A stretch of DNA of 50,592 bases from Bacilli bacterium. GTDB lineage: Bacteria > Bacillota_I > Bacilli_A > RF39 > UBA660. A program made the translations under genes and the position numbers. The DNA lies in NCBI GenBank assembly GCA_017480975.1, contig JAFURK010000011.1, positions 1 to 50,592 of the forward strand, in the 5' to 3' direction. Of the stretch, positions 9,261 through 20,403 are shown in pieces (positions within the stretch are counted from its first letter, which is position 1; every line of letters starts with the position of its first letter). The notes below the pieces were generated by a model. The model did not search any database. It was not told the origin of the DNA and worked only from the letters and a program-made list of their open reading frames with translations.

Positions 9261-11804
9261 TTAATTTAATTTATCCACTATTAAATCTAATTGTTCCTTC
9301 TCTTTAGCAAGTGCTAATCTTTCAGTTTCAACAATATTAGCTGGTGCCTTCTTTAGATAATTTTCATTACTAAGTAATTTTTCTCTTCTTTCAATTGATT
9401 TAATTAATCTATCTTGTTCTTTCTTCAAACTACTTAATAATTCTTCTTCATTCTTACTATTATCATAAATAATACTTAAGCTTAAATCTTCTAATTTAAT
9501 TAATTCCTTAGCGTAGCCTTCTGGTACCTCCGTTACTTCCTTACCTTCTAATTTTAAACTCTTAATAAGTATTGTTTTTACATCTTCAGAAATACCATCT
9601 ATAATTACCCTAAAATCACTACCAATATTTAACTCTTGCTTCTTATTACGAACCATTGTAATGAACTCTAATAATAAATCTATTTTTGTCTCACTTGAGC
9701 TAAACACTTGCTTTTTATCATATTTCGGATAGTCCGCAACCATTATAGACTCTGCCTTCTCACCTGGTAGCATGCCATATATCTCTTCAGTTACATATGG
9801 CATAAATGGATGTAACATCTTTAAAATATCTGTTAATACTTTTAACAAGACACTCTTTGTAGTATCATTCAGATTAAACTTAGATAATTCAATATACTTA
9901 TCACAAAAATCTGACCAAATAAAGTTATATAAAGTATTACCTACAATATTAAAATCATACTTTTCCATTGACTTAGTAACTTCTTTAATAGTCTTATTTA
10001 ACTTCGTTAATATCCATTTATCAGCATCAGTTAAATCATCCATTGTAATAAATTCTAAATCCTCGATATTCATTAACACATAACGAGAGGCATTCCACAA
10101 TTTATTAATGAAGTTCCAAGTTGATTTAACCTTATCTTCATCATATCTCAAATCCATACCACTTGCTGTATTAGTAGTCAAGAAAAATCTTAACGCATCA
10201 GCCCCATATTCATCAATAACATCCATTGGATCTACTCCATTACCTAGCGACTTACTCATCTTTCTACCTTGCTTATCACGGATTAACCCATGAATTAAAC
10301 AATCTTTAAATGGTCTTTCACCCATAAACTCTAACCCTTGGAAGGTCATTCTATTAACCCAAAATGGAATAATATCGTAGCCAGTTACCAAAACATTGTT
10401 TGGATAATACCTCTTTACCATTTCAGTTTCTTCCGGCCAACCTAGGGTTGCAAAAGGCCATAACGCACTTGAAAACCAAGTATCTAAAACATCATTATCT
10501 TGAACCCAGCCTTCACCTTTAGGTGCTTCTATTCCAACATATACTTCTTCACCTTTATACCAAGCTGGAATTTGATGTCCCCACCATAACTGTCTTGAAA
10601 TACACCAATCATAAGTAATCTCCATCCAATGATTCATTGTTTTTTCATATCTTTTTGGAACAAAATTAACTTTTTTATCCTTATCTTTTTGATTTTCTAA
10701 TACTCTATCCGCTAAAGGACGCATCTTAACAAACCATTGTCTTGATAAATATGGTTCAATCATAACATCTGTTCTCTCAGAATGACCAACTGAGTGAACC
10801 ATTTCTTCAATTTTAATTAATAAATCATTTTCTTCCAAATACTTAACTAGTTCACGTCGACATTCAAAACGATCCATTCCTGCGAATTGACCACACTTTT
10901 CGTTCATTGTACCATCAGGATTAATTACTTTTACTCGCTCTAAATTATGACGGTTCCCTACTTCAAAATCATTAGGATCATGAGCTGGCGTAATCTTAAC
11001 CACACCCGTCCCAAACTCTGGATCCGCATGTTCATCTGCGACAATCGGAATTAACTTATTAACAACCGGCAAGATAACTTTCTTACCAATAAAATCTTTA
11101 TATCGCTCATCTTCTGGATTAACAGCAACTGCTGTATCTCCAAACAAAGTCTCTGGTCTAGTCGTAGCCACTTCTAAATAAGTACTTTTATCCTCTAAAA
11201 AATACTTAATGTGATAAAACGCACCTGGAACATCCTTATAGATTACCTCTTCGTTTGATAAAGCAGTCTGACTAAGTGGATCCCAGTTAATAATCTTTTC
11301 GCCTCGATAAATAAGTCCCTTATTATATAAATCAACAAATACTTTTTTTACTGCTAAACTAAGACCTTCATCCATCGTAAACCTCATCTTATCATAATCA
11401 ACTGATAACCCAAGCTTAGCCCATTGTTCATTAATGATATTTTCATGTTCTTCTTTCCACTTAAAACATTCCTCTAAGAACTTTTCACGGCCTAACTCAT
11501 ACTTACCTTGTCCACGCTCTTTAAGACGATTAATAACTTTAACCTCAGTTGCAATCGCTGCGTGATCAGTTCCTGGTAACCATAATACATCATAGCCACA
11601 CATTCTCTTATATCGAACTAAAATATCTTGAATAGCCGTATCCCAAGCATGCCCTAAATGTAATTTACCCGTAACATTAGGAGGCGGAATAACAATACAG
11701 TAAGGCTCTTTACTTAAGTTTCCACTCTTAAAATACCCCTTAGCTTTCCAAATATCATACTTACCCTCTTCAACTTTTTTTGAATTATACTTCTTATCAA
11801 GCAT
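9261..11804 (-). CDS. valS: valine--tRNA ligase
   Basis: [16 protein letters not shown] (HIGH), KMSKSLGN (KMSKS), C-terminal coiled coil. The track start at 11816 is TTG inside the SD; ATG at 11804 ([20 protein letters not shown]) is the likelier start. Confidence 0.95.
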   Translation of the reverse strand: MLDKKYNSKKVEEGKYDIWKAKGYFKSGNLSKEPYCIVIPPPNVTGKLHLGHAWDTAIQDILVRYKRMCGYDVLWLPGTDHAAIATEVKVINRLKERGQGKYELGREKFLEECFKWKEEHENIINEQWAKLGLSVDYDKMRFTMDEGLSLAVKKVFVDLYNKGLIYRGEKIINWDPLSQTALSNEEVIYKDVPGAFYHIKYFLEDKSTYLEVATTRPETLFGDTAVAVNPEDERYKDFIGKKVILPVVNKLIPIVADEHADPEFGTGVVKITPAHDPNDFEVGNRHNLERVKVINPDGTMNEKCGQFAGMDRFECRRELVKYLEENDLLIKIEEMVHSVGHSERTDVMIEPYLSRQWFVKMRPLADRVLENQKDKDKKVNFVPKRYEKTMNHWMEITYDWCISRQLWWGHQIPAWYKGEEVYVGIEAPKGEGWVQDNDVLDTWFSSALWPFATLGWPEETEMVKRYYPNNVLVTGYDIIPFWVNRMTFQGLEFMGERPFKDCLIHGLIRDKQGRKMSKSLGNGVDPMDVIDEYGADALRFFLTTNTASGMDLRYDEDKVKSTWNFINKLWNASRYVLMNIEDLEFITMDDLTDADKWILTKLNKTIKEVTKSMEKYDFNIVGNTLYNFIWSDFCDKYIELSKFNLNDTTKSVLLKVLTDILKMLHPFMPYVTEEIYGMLPGEKAESIMVADYPKYDKKQVFSSSETKIDLLLEFITMVRNKKQELNIGSDFRVIIDGISEDVKTILIKSLKLEGKEVTEVPEGYAKELIKLEDLSLSIIYDNSKNEEELLSSLKKEQDRLIKSIERREKLLSNENYLKKAPANIVETERLALAKEKEQLDLIVDKLN

Positions 11805-11882
11805 TTTATCCACCAATCTTTCTATTGTTTATTATTTTTTTTGCCCTTTTTTATCCAAGAATACTTATAAGAATATTTCCTC

Positions 11883-12656
11883 TTATCTTGTTTCAACCAT
11901 AGTCATACCAATCTTTTTTTCAATATACGCATTAAGTACTGTACCAACCTGATAAAAAAACTTATTAATATTCTTATTACTAATCTTTAAAGCTGACACT
12001 AACTTATTAACACAAGCTTCTTCTTTAAGTAATGCATAACTATATTTATAATGAACACCAAATACTAACGACATCACTTCTAATATCTTATCAGCATCAT
12101 TATCACTAACTTTAGAATTAATCACCCGATATTTCTTAAAATCATTATAAACCAAATCATTAGGAAAATTATCAATATGCATATCCATATATGGATAATT
12201 AATAACCATTCTAAAATTCTCTATAACATGAGCATCCTTAATAACCATACAAAAATGTAACACTTTATTATCAAACCCCTTAGGTAAACCATTCTTATTC
12301 TGACAATATATTGCTATCTTAATAATATCATCATAACTCTTATCATCAGTAATATCCCTTATTAATTTCTCATTCTCAAATAATATCTCAATACTTTCTT
12401 TTGACTTATCAGTATTATCCTCTAAAGTTAAACAATTCTTAAACTTATTACTAAACATTCCTATATCATGAAATAAGCCAATTAAACCACAAACAATAAC
12501 TTCTTCATCAGTAAAAACCCCTAAATTAGAAGCAATATCTTTACATAACTCCATCATCTTAATGCTATGAAAATACATAGCCTTAACATTACCCTTATTC
12601 ATATCAAAATTCTTTATATATCGTTCAAAAACTTTCATAATTTTTGTTTCTCTCAT
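11883..12656 (-). CDS. HD-domain protein, function unknown
   Basis: H..(30)..GLIGLFHDIG motif; helical, 257 aa. Confidence 0.6.
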   Translation of the reverse strand: MRETKIMKVFERYIKNFDMNKGNVKAMYFHSIKMMELCKDIASNLGVFTDEEVIVCGLIGLFHDIGMFSNKFKNCLTLEDNTDKSKESIEILFENEKLIRDITDDKSYDDIIKIAIYCQNKNGLPKGFDNKVLHFCMVIKDAHVIENFRMVINYPYMDMHIDNFPNDLVYNDFKKYRVINSKVSDNDADKILEVMSLVFGVHYKYSYALLKEEACVNKLVSALKISNKNINKFFYQVGTVLNAYIEKKIGMTMVETR

Positions 12657-12888
12657 ACTAGCAACTCCTTAATACAAATATAAAATATTTCTCTAAACAT
12701 ATACCTTAAGTATATAATATATCAAGCTAATTTTCAATAGTTTCAAACCTAAAAAAGTACTTTTATGTAAGTTCCATCTCTTTTATAAAAAGTTATATAT
12801 ACAAAAAATGCTTATTTATCTTTTAACCTATTTACAAATACCATCAAAAAAATTCAGCTCTATTTCTAGAACCGAATTTCTTATATTT

Positions 12889-14442
12889 TTATTTAGCTTC
12901 TTCACAAGCTCTTGTTTCTCTTACTACAGTTACCTTAATAGTACCAGGATATTGCATTTCTTCTTCAATTCTTTCTTTAATTTGTCTAGCTATTTGATAA
13001 TTCATCAAATCATCTACTTCAGTTGGATTTACAATAACCCTAAGTTCTCTTCCTGCTTGCACAGCGTAAGCCTTTTCCACTCCATTAACTGAATTTCCAA
13101 TCTCTTCTAATTGCGCTAAACGTTGGAAATAATTTTCAGAAGTATCATTTCTAGCTCCTGGACGCGATGCCGAAATAGTATCTGCTATTGCTACTATTGA
13201 AGCTATAATACTAGTTGGATCAGCATCACCATGATGCGAAAGAATAGCATTAATAATAACTTCATCTTCACCATACTTTTTAGCAAGTTCAGCTCCTATT
13301 TGAACATGACTTCCTTCCATTTCAAAATCGATTGCCTTACCAATATCATGTAAAAGTCCAGCCCGTTTCGCTAAATTAACATTCTCCCCTAACTCACCAG
13401 CTAAAAGCCCAGCAATATTAGCAACCTCAATTGAATGTTGTAAGGCATTTTGACTATAACTACTTCTAAAATGTAACTTACCAACTATTTCGATTAACTC
13501 GGCATCCATTTTACTAAGTCCTAATGAATAAATCGCGTCCCTACCATATTCACGAATCGTAGCTTTAACATCATTACAAGTCTTATCATAAACTTCTTCA
13601 ATTCTAGCTGGATGAATTCTCCCATCATTAATTAAAGTTTCTAATGTAAGTTTGGCTATTTCTCTTCTTAAAGGATCAAAGCTAGATATAACTATGGCCT
13701 CAGGAGTATCATCAATAATTAAATCAACGCCTGTAACCGCTTCAATAGTACGTACATTTCTTCCTTCACGGCCAATAATTCTTCCTTTCATTTCATCATT
13801 AGGAAGACTAATTACACATACCGTTTGGGTATTAGTAACATCAGCTGCATATCTTTGCATACTATTCATAATCATTTCTTTAGCAATATTATCAGATTCT
13901 AATTTCGCCTCAGATTCTCTTTCCTTAATATAGCTAGCAATTTCCTTTGACATTTCTTCCTCTACTTGTTTCATTAATACATCATGAGCTTGTCCCTTAG
14001 TAAAATTAGCAATTTCTTCTAATTTAGCAAATTGCTCCTTTTTAATCTCTTCCATTTGTTCATATTTTTCTTGAATTTCTTTTTGCTTATCTAATAAAGC
14101 ATTTTCTCTTTCGTTAGCAGCATCCTCCCTATTCTGCAATGCTACATCTCTTCTGTCCATATTACTTTCTCTTTTTAAAAGTCTATCTTCAGAATCTTTA
14201 ATTTCTTTTTTCTTTTCTTTAATTTCTTTTTCAGTTTCAATTTTAAGCTTATTAATTTCTTGCTTTGCTTCCAAAATGGATTCTCGCTTATTTTTTTCAG
14301 CCGCTTTCTTCGCTTGTTCAACTATATCTAAAGCCTCTTTTTCATCTTTCTTTTTCTTTAATGTATTTAGGCCTATCATTGTTAAAACCCCAATAATTAA
14401 TCCAAGAATAAATACTAAAATGGAGATTAATACTGTATTCAT
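12889..14442 (-). CDS. rny: ribonuclease Y
   Basis: N-terminal TM helix, Lys/Glu coiled coil, KH domain ([26 protein letters not shown]), HD domain ([14 protein letters not shown]). Confidence 0.95.
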   Translation of the reverse strand: MNTVLISILVFILGLIIGVLTMIGLNTLKKKKDEKEALDIVEQAKKAAEKNKRESILEAKQEINKLKIETEKEIKEKKKEIKDSEDRLLKRESNMDRRDVALQNREDAANERENALLDKQKEIQEKYEQMEEIKKEQFAKLEEIANFTKGQAHDVLMKQVEEEMSKEIASYIKERESEAKLESDNIAKEMIMNSMQRYAADVTNTQTVCVISLPNDEMKGRIIGREGRNVRTIEAVTGVDLIIDDTPEAIVISSFDPLRREIAKLTLETLINDGRIHPARIEEVYDKTCNDVKATIREYGRDAIYSLGLSKMDAELIEIVGKLHFRSSYSQNALQHSIEVANIAGLLAGELGENVNLAKRAGLLHDIGKAIDFEMEGSHVQIGAELAKKYGEDEVIINAILSHHGDADPTSIIASIVAIADTISASRPGARNDTSENYFQRLAQLEEIGNSVNGVEKAYAVQAGRELRVIVNPTEVDDLMNYQIARQIKERIEEEMQYPGTIKVTVVRETRACEEAK

Positions 14443-14510
14443 ATAACACCTCCATTCATTATATATATATAATATAGAAAATTAAATTATAATTAAACTA
14501 TACCATAATA

Positions 14511-14540
14511 ATTGTATCTAGTATTTACAATCTTGTCAAG
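14511..14540 (-). promoter_or_regulatory. candidate promoter for rny
   Basis: Minus strand: TTGACA (14540-14535), 18 nt, TACAAT (14516-14511). Confidence 0.35.
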
Positions 14541-14652
14541 AATGGAAGAAAAGAAAAAGGAAATTATCCTTAAAATTACCTTTATCTCTACTTATTACAT
14601 AGAATTTAATTATTTAAGTTCAATCCCTTATAAGCACTTTCCTAAAACAAAA

Positions 14653-15504
14653 CTAACTAGACAATTCTTCACTTAATAACTCAGATAAAGTCCCTATTTT
14701 AAAACCCTTTCCCTTAATATAATCTATTATTGTTGAAAGCTCTCTTACTGTCTCTTTATTCATTGATAGCAATATCATACTACCACTAGTTAAATTATTT
14801 TTAACCATAGTATAAGGAGTTTTATCACCAATTATTGTTGGAACAACTGTATATAAATTATTATTACTACATAACTCTAACACCTCTTCTTTCATATCTT
14901 CTGCTAAACAATAAAATGCCTCTTCCTCTCTAATTCTACTAATCAAATTATTAGAAAACAATAAATTATCAGCATTATATTTCCCATTATCCCCATAACT
15001 ATAAAATTCATTTCCTTCTATCTCTTTAATTTTTGTCGAATTATCAATCAAGTAAGAATAACTAACAAAGTAATTAGCCATCACACCCTTACTATTTAAA
15101 ATAGCATTTATCTCATCAAAATACTTATCACTATCTAAAATAAATAATATACTAACCATCTGTTTATTATTATTACCCTGTATTATAAATTTATCTCGAT
15201 TATTATTAATACTAACCTCCGGAAGAACACTATCATAAACAATTAAATTTTTATTAAATATCCCACTATTCTTCATTTTCTTATAACTTTCATCAATATT
15301 AATTGTTCTTCCCTCTAACCCTGGAACAATCGTATTACCTAATACATTAGCATTAACTGGTAACACTTTATAAATATCTTCAACACTAGAAAGCTCAATC
15401 ATTATCTCATCTTCTTCTCTTATTACTTCAATAACCTTATCTGTATAAAAAAAACTAAACCCAATTAGTGAAAATAAACCAATCATCTTAACGATATTTT
15501 TCAT
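14653..15504 (-). CDS. membrane-anchored NodB/polysaccharide-deacetylase-like protein, apparently lacking the catalytic Asp-Asp
   Basis: N-terminal TM helix. VSILFILDSD sits where TFDDG is expected; the C-terminal GFKIGTLSELLSE ending is typical of the family. Weak call made by eye. Confidence 0.35.
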   Translation of the reverse strand: MKNIVKMIGLFSLIGFSFFYTDKVIEVIREEDEIMIELSSVEDIYKVLPVNANVLGNTIVPGLEGRTINIDESYKKMKNSGIFNKNLIVYDSVLPEVSINNNRDKFIIQGNNNKQMVSILFILDSDKYFDEINAILNSKGVMANYFVSYSYLIDNSTKIKEIEGNEFYSYGDNGKYNADNLLFSNNLISRIREEEAFYCLAEDMKEEVLELCSNNNLYTVVPTIIGDKTPYTMVKNNLTSGSMILLSMNKETVRELSTIIDYIKGKGFKIGTLSELLSEELSS

Positions 15505-15540
15505 AAACCACCTACACTATCAATATATGAAAAATACTAC

Positions 15541-16233
15541 TTAATTATTATTTAAAATATTCTTATTCTCATAAAAGCTATAATATTGTTCTTTCCCTAT
15601 AACAATATGATCAACTAAATATATCCCATGCATCTTACCTATCTTATCCAAATTATCCGTAAAATTAACATCCTCACGACTAGGCATCGGATCCCCTGAT
15701 GGATGATTATGAATACAAATCAAATATGATGCCGATAATAAATAAGCCTGTTTAAATATCTCTCTAGGATGAACAACAGATGAATTAATACTACCAACAA
15801 ATAACTTCTTTTTGTCTAAATATTTCTTTTTATTATCTAAATAAATAACATAAAATTCTTCCTGTTTCTTTCCTTTAAATAGCGAATTAAAATAATATAT
15901 AATTGTCTCTGGATTAGTACAAGTAATCATATCTTTAACATCTACATCAACCCCAATTCGCCTTGATAATTCTACAATCGCTTCTAACTCAATCGCCTTA
16001 ACTTGTCCAATTCCCTCAATTTTTAATAATTTTTGATACGTAATATCACGTAATCCCTTAATTCCATCACAACTCTTAAGCAACTGACAAGCTAACTCCT
16101 TAACCGAATACTTCTTCGTCCCACTTTTCAAAATAATCATCAATAATTCTTCATTACTCAAAGCCTTCGCTCCATATAACACCAATCTCTCCCTCGGCTT
16201 TTCCTCATCTGGTAATTCTTTAAATTTTATCAC
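15541..16233 (-). CDS. radC: RadC-family JAB/MPN domain protein
   Basis: HhH region (GIGQVKAIEL) and JAMM motif HNHPSGDPMPSREDV. Confidence 0.9.
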   Translation of the reverse strand: MIKFKELPDEEKPRERLVLYGAKALSNEELLMIILKSGTKKYSVKELACQLLKSCDGIKGLRDITYQKLLKIEGIGQVKAIELEAIVELSRRIGVDVDVKDMITCTNPETIIYYFNSLFKGKKQEEFYVIYLDNKKKYLDKKKLFVGSINSSVVHPREIFKQAYLLSASYLICIHNHPSGDPMPSREDVNFTDNLDKIGKMHGIYLVDHIVIGKEQYYSFYENKNILNNN

Positions 16234-16352
16234 AACTAGTTCTACCTCCTCTACTTATATTATTAGAGATAACTTCTTCATTTCCTTTTTATTTTTGAAA
16301 TTTTTTCATTTTTTAAAATACTTATCAAGAAGTAATTCTAAAAAAAGAGAGA

Positions 16353-16592
16353 CTATTCATTCATTGAATCAGCTATCTCTCTTATCTCTTCGATTGATTT
16401 ATCAGTTACTTTAGCAATAAAATCTAAAGTAGCATCGTTTTTTAACATGCTTTTTATTATATCAAGCGTATTTTCTTCTTTCCCTTCTTCTCTATCAACT
16501 CTCTTAGACTCTAATCTAACAAGCTCATCCATCTTTTCCTTTTCCCACTCATGTAAATTAAAATTCCAATTTTTTATTATCAAATTACTCAC
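16353..16592 (-). CDS. 79-aa stand-alone copy of the Rpn nuclease C-terminal domain
   Basis: NFNLHEWEKEKMDELVRLESKRVDREEGKEENTLDIIK is identical to the C-terminus of the upstream gene product. Its ATG overlaps the upstream stop (4-nt overlap). Confidence 0.55.
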   Translation of the reverse strand: MSNLIIKNWNFNLHEWEKEKMDELVRLESKRVDREEGKEENTLDIIKSMLKNDATLDFIAKVTDKSIEEIREIADSMNE

Positions 16593-16830
16593 AACTCCTG
16601 TATTTCTAATTTTTTTCTTATATCCTCTATCTCTTCAATTGATTTACCAGTTACTTTAGCAATTAACTCTAAAGAAATATTGTTTTTTAACATGTTTTTT
16701 ATTATATCAAGCGTATTTTCTTCTTTTCCCTCTTCTCTATCAACTCTCTTAGATTCTAATCTAACAAGCTCGTCCATCTTTTCTTTTTCCCACTCATGTA
16801 AATTAAAATTTAATTTACTCATTCTAATCG
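16353..16830 (-). repeat. tandem ~240-bp duplication of the Rpn 3' coding end
   Basis: About 16444-16575 and 16682-16815 are near-identical (a few mismatches by eye); the distal ~80 nt of each copy is more diverged. Confidence 0.8.
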
Positions 16831-17572
16831 TCTCCTTCATAAATTTATTCTTATCTTTATCAGTTAAAATATGGGATAACATTTTATTTAACTCTGTAAA
16901 ATTTCTAGAAGTTAAAGATGCTAACCATATTTCATCCTCACTTAAATTATCAAATTTAGTATAATATAGATTACGATAGAATTCAAGATATTTTAAGATC
17001 GTATATTTATTTTTAATAAAGATATCTTGGGTTACTAAACTATATGATACGATAATATCTTCACCATAAGTAATAGACTTGTCCTCAGTATTTAAATTTA
17101 ACTGATATAAGCAGATATCTTTTAATTTAGTTGTAACATCACCCATCTCTAAAAGCATACTATATAACTTATCACAATACATAGAATTTCTTAATTTAAC
17201 CTTTTCAAAATTACTACGATTTAATTCAATATCAATAAAAATTGTATCATTTAATACAACTAAAATATCAACTCTTTTTTGATATTCTTTTACATTTTCT
17301 TTTAATAATTCATTATTTAATATCTCTATTTTGGTATTTTTAATATCTAACTTTAAATCTAAAATACTAATTAAAAATCTTTTTAAAATATTAGGATTTC
17401 TACTAAATACACCTTTAAAAACAACATCAAAAGTAAGAGGAATCATTTTTAACTCCTTATCTATCATCCTTAAATATTTTTTATTAATTACTTTTTCTTC
17501 AACCATTTTACTACATCCTTTCAATAATATCTTAATTAAATAATAAACCCTTCTACTTATATTATTCTCCAT
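16589..17572 (-). CDS. Rpn-family / PD-(D/E)XK nuclease family putative transposase
   Basis: LTFDVVFKGVF N-terminal motif and VDILVVLNDTIFIDIELN nuclease core. C-terminal EEGKEE..LDIIKNMLKNNISLELIAKVTGKSIEEIE helix-turn-helix-like tail. The true start may be the internal ATG at 17446 (MIPLTFD, SD AAGGAG 7 nt upstream). Confidence 0.7.
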   Translation of the reverse strand: MENNISRRVYYLIKILLKGCSKMVEEKVINKKYLRMIDKELKMIPLTFDVVFKGVFSRNPNILKRFLISILDLKLDIKNTKIEILNNELLKENVKEYQKRVDILVVLNDTIFIDIELNRSNFEKVKLRNSMYCDKLYSMLLEMGDVTTKLKDICLYQLNLNTEDKSITYGEDIIVSYSLVTQDIFIKNKYTILKYLEFYRNLYYTKFDNLSEDEIWLASLTSRNFTELNKMLSHILTDKDKNKFMKETIRMSKLNFNLHEWEKEKMDELVRLESKRVDREEGKEENTLDIIKNMLKNNISLELIAKVTGKSIEEIEDIRKKLEIQEL

Positions 17573-17609
17573 GATTTTTCAAAATCCTTTTTATTTTTAA
17601 AATTTGTTC

Positions 17610-17648
17610 AAAAAAAAGAACTGATAAATAACAATACTTATCAATTCT
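17610..17648 (-). terminator. rubrerythrin terminator
   Basis: Minus strand: AGAATTGATAA, 10-nt loop, TTATCAGTTCT (one G-U pair), then TTTTTTT. Confidence 0.6.
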
Positions 17649-17672
17649 TTCAATCTAATATCAATCTTATTA

Positions 17673-18212
17673 TTAATAATTTTCAGCTTTAATTTCAAAA
17701 TAGCTTTGTGGATGAGCACAAATAGGACATACTTTTGGAGCATCTTTTCCAATAACGATATGACCACAATTACGGCATTTCCAAATTCTATCGCCATCAC
17801 GTGAGAAAACTAATCCACCTTCAATATTTTCAATTAACTTTCTATATCTTTCTTCATGTTCCTTTTCAATCGCAGCAACCCCTTCAAAAAGGTAAGCTAT
17901 TCTATCAAAACCTTCTTCTTTAGCTACTTTAGCAAATTCTGAATACATATCAGTCCACTCATAATTTTCCCCTTCAGCAGCATCAATCAAATTCTCTATA
18001 GTATCAGGAATAGAACCACCATGTAACTCTTTAAACCACATCTTAGCATGTTCTTTTTCATTATTAGCAGTTTCTTCAAATATAGCGGCTATTTGCTCGT
18101 AGCCATCTTTCTTAGCCTTACTAGCATAATAAGTATATTTATTTCTAGCTTGACTTTCACCAGCAAAAGCCGTCATTAAATTTTGTTCTGTCTTACTTCC
18201 CTTTAATTCCAT
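17673..18212 (-). CDS. rbr: rubrerythrin
   Basis: Di-iron four-helix motifs ([31 protein letters not shown]) plus rubredoxin-like CRNCG..CPIC. The likely start is ATG at 18212 (MELKGSK) with GAAGGAG upstream. Confidence 0.9.
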   Translation of the reverse strand: MELKGSKTEQNLMTAFAGESQARNKYTYYASKAKKDGYEQIAAIFEETANNEKEHAKMWFKELHGGSIPDTIENLIDAAEGENYEWTDMYSEFAKVAKEEGFDRIAYLFEGVAAIEKEHEERYRKLIENIEGGLVFSRDGDRIWKCRNCGHIVIGKDAPKVCPICAHPQSYFEIKAENY

Positions 18213-18591
18213 TAATATCATCTCCTTCACTTTTATTTAAGCAACCACCACATACTCCTTCATAATTAATCTTACAACTAAGAACCTTATTACCATCAAT
18301 CATATCTTTATAAGTAATATCACTTCGTTTTAAGTCATAGACATTACCACAATTAATACAAATAAAATGATCATGACTTAAAACCTTATCATATCTAGTC
18401 ATCTGATTAGGAATATCTAATCTCTGAATCTCACCAAGACTAACTAAAGTATTCAAATTACGATAAACTGTTCCTAAACTAATATTAGGCATAACTTTAA
18501 TACACTCTTGATGTACTTGATAAGCCGTTGGATGACTATAACTATTATTTATAATATCTAATACTATTTTTCTTTGTTTAGTATTTCTCAT
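18193..18591 (-). CDS. Fur-family metalloregulator (PerR-like by context)
   Basis: [33 protein letters not shown] and CGGC are Fur hallmarks. SD AAGGAG lies 9 nt upstream of ATG 18591. It sits directly upstream of, and overlaps, rubrerythrin. Confidence 0.85.
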   Translation of the reverse strand: MRNTKQRKIVLDIINNSYSHPTAYQVHQECIKVMPNISLGTVYRNLNTLVSLGEIQRLDIPNQMTRYDKVLSHDHFICINCGNVYDLKRSDITYKDMIDGNKVLSCKINYEGVCGGCLNKSEGDDINGIKGK

Positions 18592-18718
18592 AATCACCAA
18601 CTCCTTAATAGTAATGATTGCTAATAACATTATAACATATAACTTCTTTAAAACAACCAAATTAACTAATAAGTACTTTTACTTTTACCTCATCAAAAAG
18701 GAACTAGCTAATAGTCCC

Positions 18719-20095
18719 TTAAAATTTAATTCTATCCATCACATAATTTTCTATCTCATCAATAGAAATTACTATTTGTTCCATCGTATCTCTATCACGG
18801 ACTGTTACTGTTCCATTAGTAATAGTTTCATCATCAACCGTAATACAGAAAGGTGTCCCAATCGCATCTTGTCTTCTATATCTTTTACCAATACTAGCTG
18901 ACTCATCATAAGTACACATAAAAGACTTAGATAACTTATCTCTTAACTCAGTCGCATATTCAGCATGATACTTTTTAACAAGTGGTAACACTGCTACTTT
19001 ATAAGGAGCCAAATATGGATGTAATTTCATAACTTCTCTTGTACTTCCATCTTCTAATTCTTCCTCATTATAGCTATCACATAATATCGTTAACACAGTT
19101 CTCTCTACCCCAACACTAGGTTCTATTACATAAGGAATATATTTTTCATTAGTTTCCGGATCTAAATACAATTGCGATACTCCTGAAACTTTTTGATGTT
19201 GACTTAAATCATAATCAGTACGAGAAGCAATTCCCCATAGCTCTCCCCATCCAAAAGGAAATTTATATTCAATATCAGTAGTTGCATTACTATAAAAACT
19301 TAACTCTTCTTTAGAATGATCTCTAAATCTTAAATTTTCTTCCTTAACCCCTAAACTTAATAAAAAGTTCTTACAAGCATCTTTATAATATTGATGCCAT
19401 CCTAATTCCGTCCCCGGCTTACAGAAAAACTCTAACTCCATTTGTTCAAATTCACGAACCCTAAAAATAAAATTTCCCGGTGTTATTTCATTTCTAAAAC
19501 TTTTACCAACTTGACCAATACCAAAAGGTAATTTCAAACGCATACTACGTTGCACATTTAAGAAATCAACAAAAATTCCTTGTGCTGTCTCCGGTCTTAA
19601 ATAAATCGTACTCTTATTATCTTCAGTAACTCCTTGAAAAGTTTTAAACATTAAATTAAATTCACGAATATCTGTATAATCAAAGCCGCCACATTTTGGA
19701 CAAACTACATGATGCTCATTAATCAAATTCATTAACTCTTCATGACTTAATCCACCCGCTTCTTCACAAATACTAGCATCTTCCAATAACTTATCAGCCC
19801 TGTGACGAGTCTTACATTTCTTACAATCAATTAAAGGATCAGAAAATGTTTGAATATGTCCAGACGCTTCCCAAGTTTTAGGATTCATAAGTATTGCTGA
19901 ATCTAATCCAACATTATTTTTATCTTCCTGAATAAACTTCTTCTTCCAAGCTCTTTTTACATTCTCCTTTAATTCAGATCCTAATGGACCATAGTCCCAT
20001 GTATTAGCAAGACCTCCATATATCTCACTTCCCTGATAAATAAAACCATATTGCTTACAATAAGCAACCATCTTATCCATTGTTAATTTATCCAT
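18719..20095 (-). CDS. glyQS: glycine--tRNA ligase (homodimeric class II type)
   Basis: [38 protein letters not shown]..; 458 aa. Confidence 0.95.
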   Translation of the reverse strand: MDKLTMDKMVAYCKQYGFIYQGSEIYGGLANTWDYGPLGSELKENVKRAWKKKFIQEDKNNVGLDSAILMNPKTWEASGHIQTFSDPLIDCKKCKTRHRADKLLEDASICEEAGGLSHEELMNLINEHHVVCPKCGGFDYTDIREFNLMFKTFQGVTEDNKSTIYLRPETAQGIFVDFLNVQRSMRLKLPFGIGQVGKSFRNEITPGNFIFRVREFEQMELEFFCKPGTELGWHQYYKDACKNFLLSLGVKEENLRFRDHSKEELSFYSNATTDIEYKFPFGWGELWGIASRTDYDLSQHQKVSGVSQLYLDPETNEKYIPYVIEPSVGVERTVLTILCDSYNEEELEDGSTREVMKLHPYLAPYKVAVLPLVKKYHAEYATELRDKLSKSFMCTYDESASIGKRYRRQDAIGTPFCITVDDETITNGTVTVRDRDTMEQIVISIDEIENYVMDRIKF

Positions 20096-20099
20096 CTAA

Positions 20100-20290
20100 T
20101 CATTCCTCCTCAAATATATAAAAAGAGATTCTAATTTATAAGGACGAGTACTACCCGCGGTTCCACCTTATTTATTCTTTATTAGAATCTCTCTTAATAT
20201 ATAGCTCCATGGTCGCCACTCCATATCTTCGCTTTTCTTAATTATTTATTTATATTTTAGTACTAAATTACTTTTAAGTCAATTACTTTA
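20100..20290 (-). promoter_or_regulatory. T-box leader of glyQS
   Basis: Minus strand carries the T-box core AAGGTGGAACCGCGGG (20156-20167). Its UGGA bulge matches the discriminator U of tRNA-Gly. AGAGATTCTAAT (20192-20181) pairs with ATTAGAATCTCT (20135-20124), then TTTT. Upstream there is an AGCGA element and Gly codons GGC/GGA. I could not fold stem I convincingly. Confidence 0.65.
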
Positions 20291-20403
20291 TCCCACTTTA
20301 ACTATTAGTTTATTTGGTTAAAATACTTAATTTGATTTTACTATTGCATAAAGATTTAACTAAAACTTTTCCCTCATAACTCAGTTTAATCTATCTAAGT
20401 ACT

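Noticed and set aside
9772-10293. Plus-strand ORFs 9772..10083 and 10108..10293
   Set aside because: They lie antisense within valS, with no ribosome-binding sites and composition typical of AT-rich antisense frames.
11805-11882. Possible T-box or attenuator upstream of valS, and likewise upstream of proS at 29391..29466
   Set aside because: The spacers are under 80 nt and contain no GGTGG.ACCGCG core or terminator hairpin.
12800-12888. Possible terminator after rny (AAATTC..GAATTT plus T-run)
   Set aside because: The stem is only 6 bp with a ~20-nt loop, which is too weak to call.
12808-13933. Plus-strand ORFs 12808..13092 and 13652..13933
   Set aside because: They lie antisense to rny, which is unambiguous.
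16447-17543. Plus-strand ORFs 16447..16659, 16680..16964 and 17331..17543
   Set aside because: They lie antisense to the Rpn gene and its duplicated tail. The first two are near-identical only because they mirror the duplication.
17597-17800. Minus-strand ORF 17597..17800
   Set aside because: It is an out-of-frame overlap with the rubrerythrin 3' end and runs through its terminator.
18614-18901. Plus-strand ORF 18614..18901, and the long version of the Fur gene starting at 18660
   Set aside because: The plus-strand ORF is antisense to the glyQS 3' end. The Fur N-terminal extension (MVVLKKLYVIMLLAIITIKELVI) has no SD, whereas ATG 18591 has AAGGAG at the right distance.
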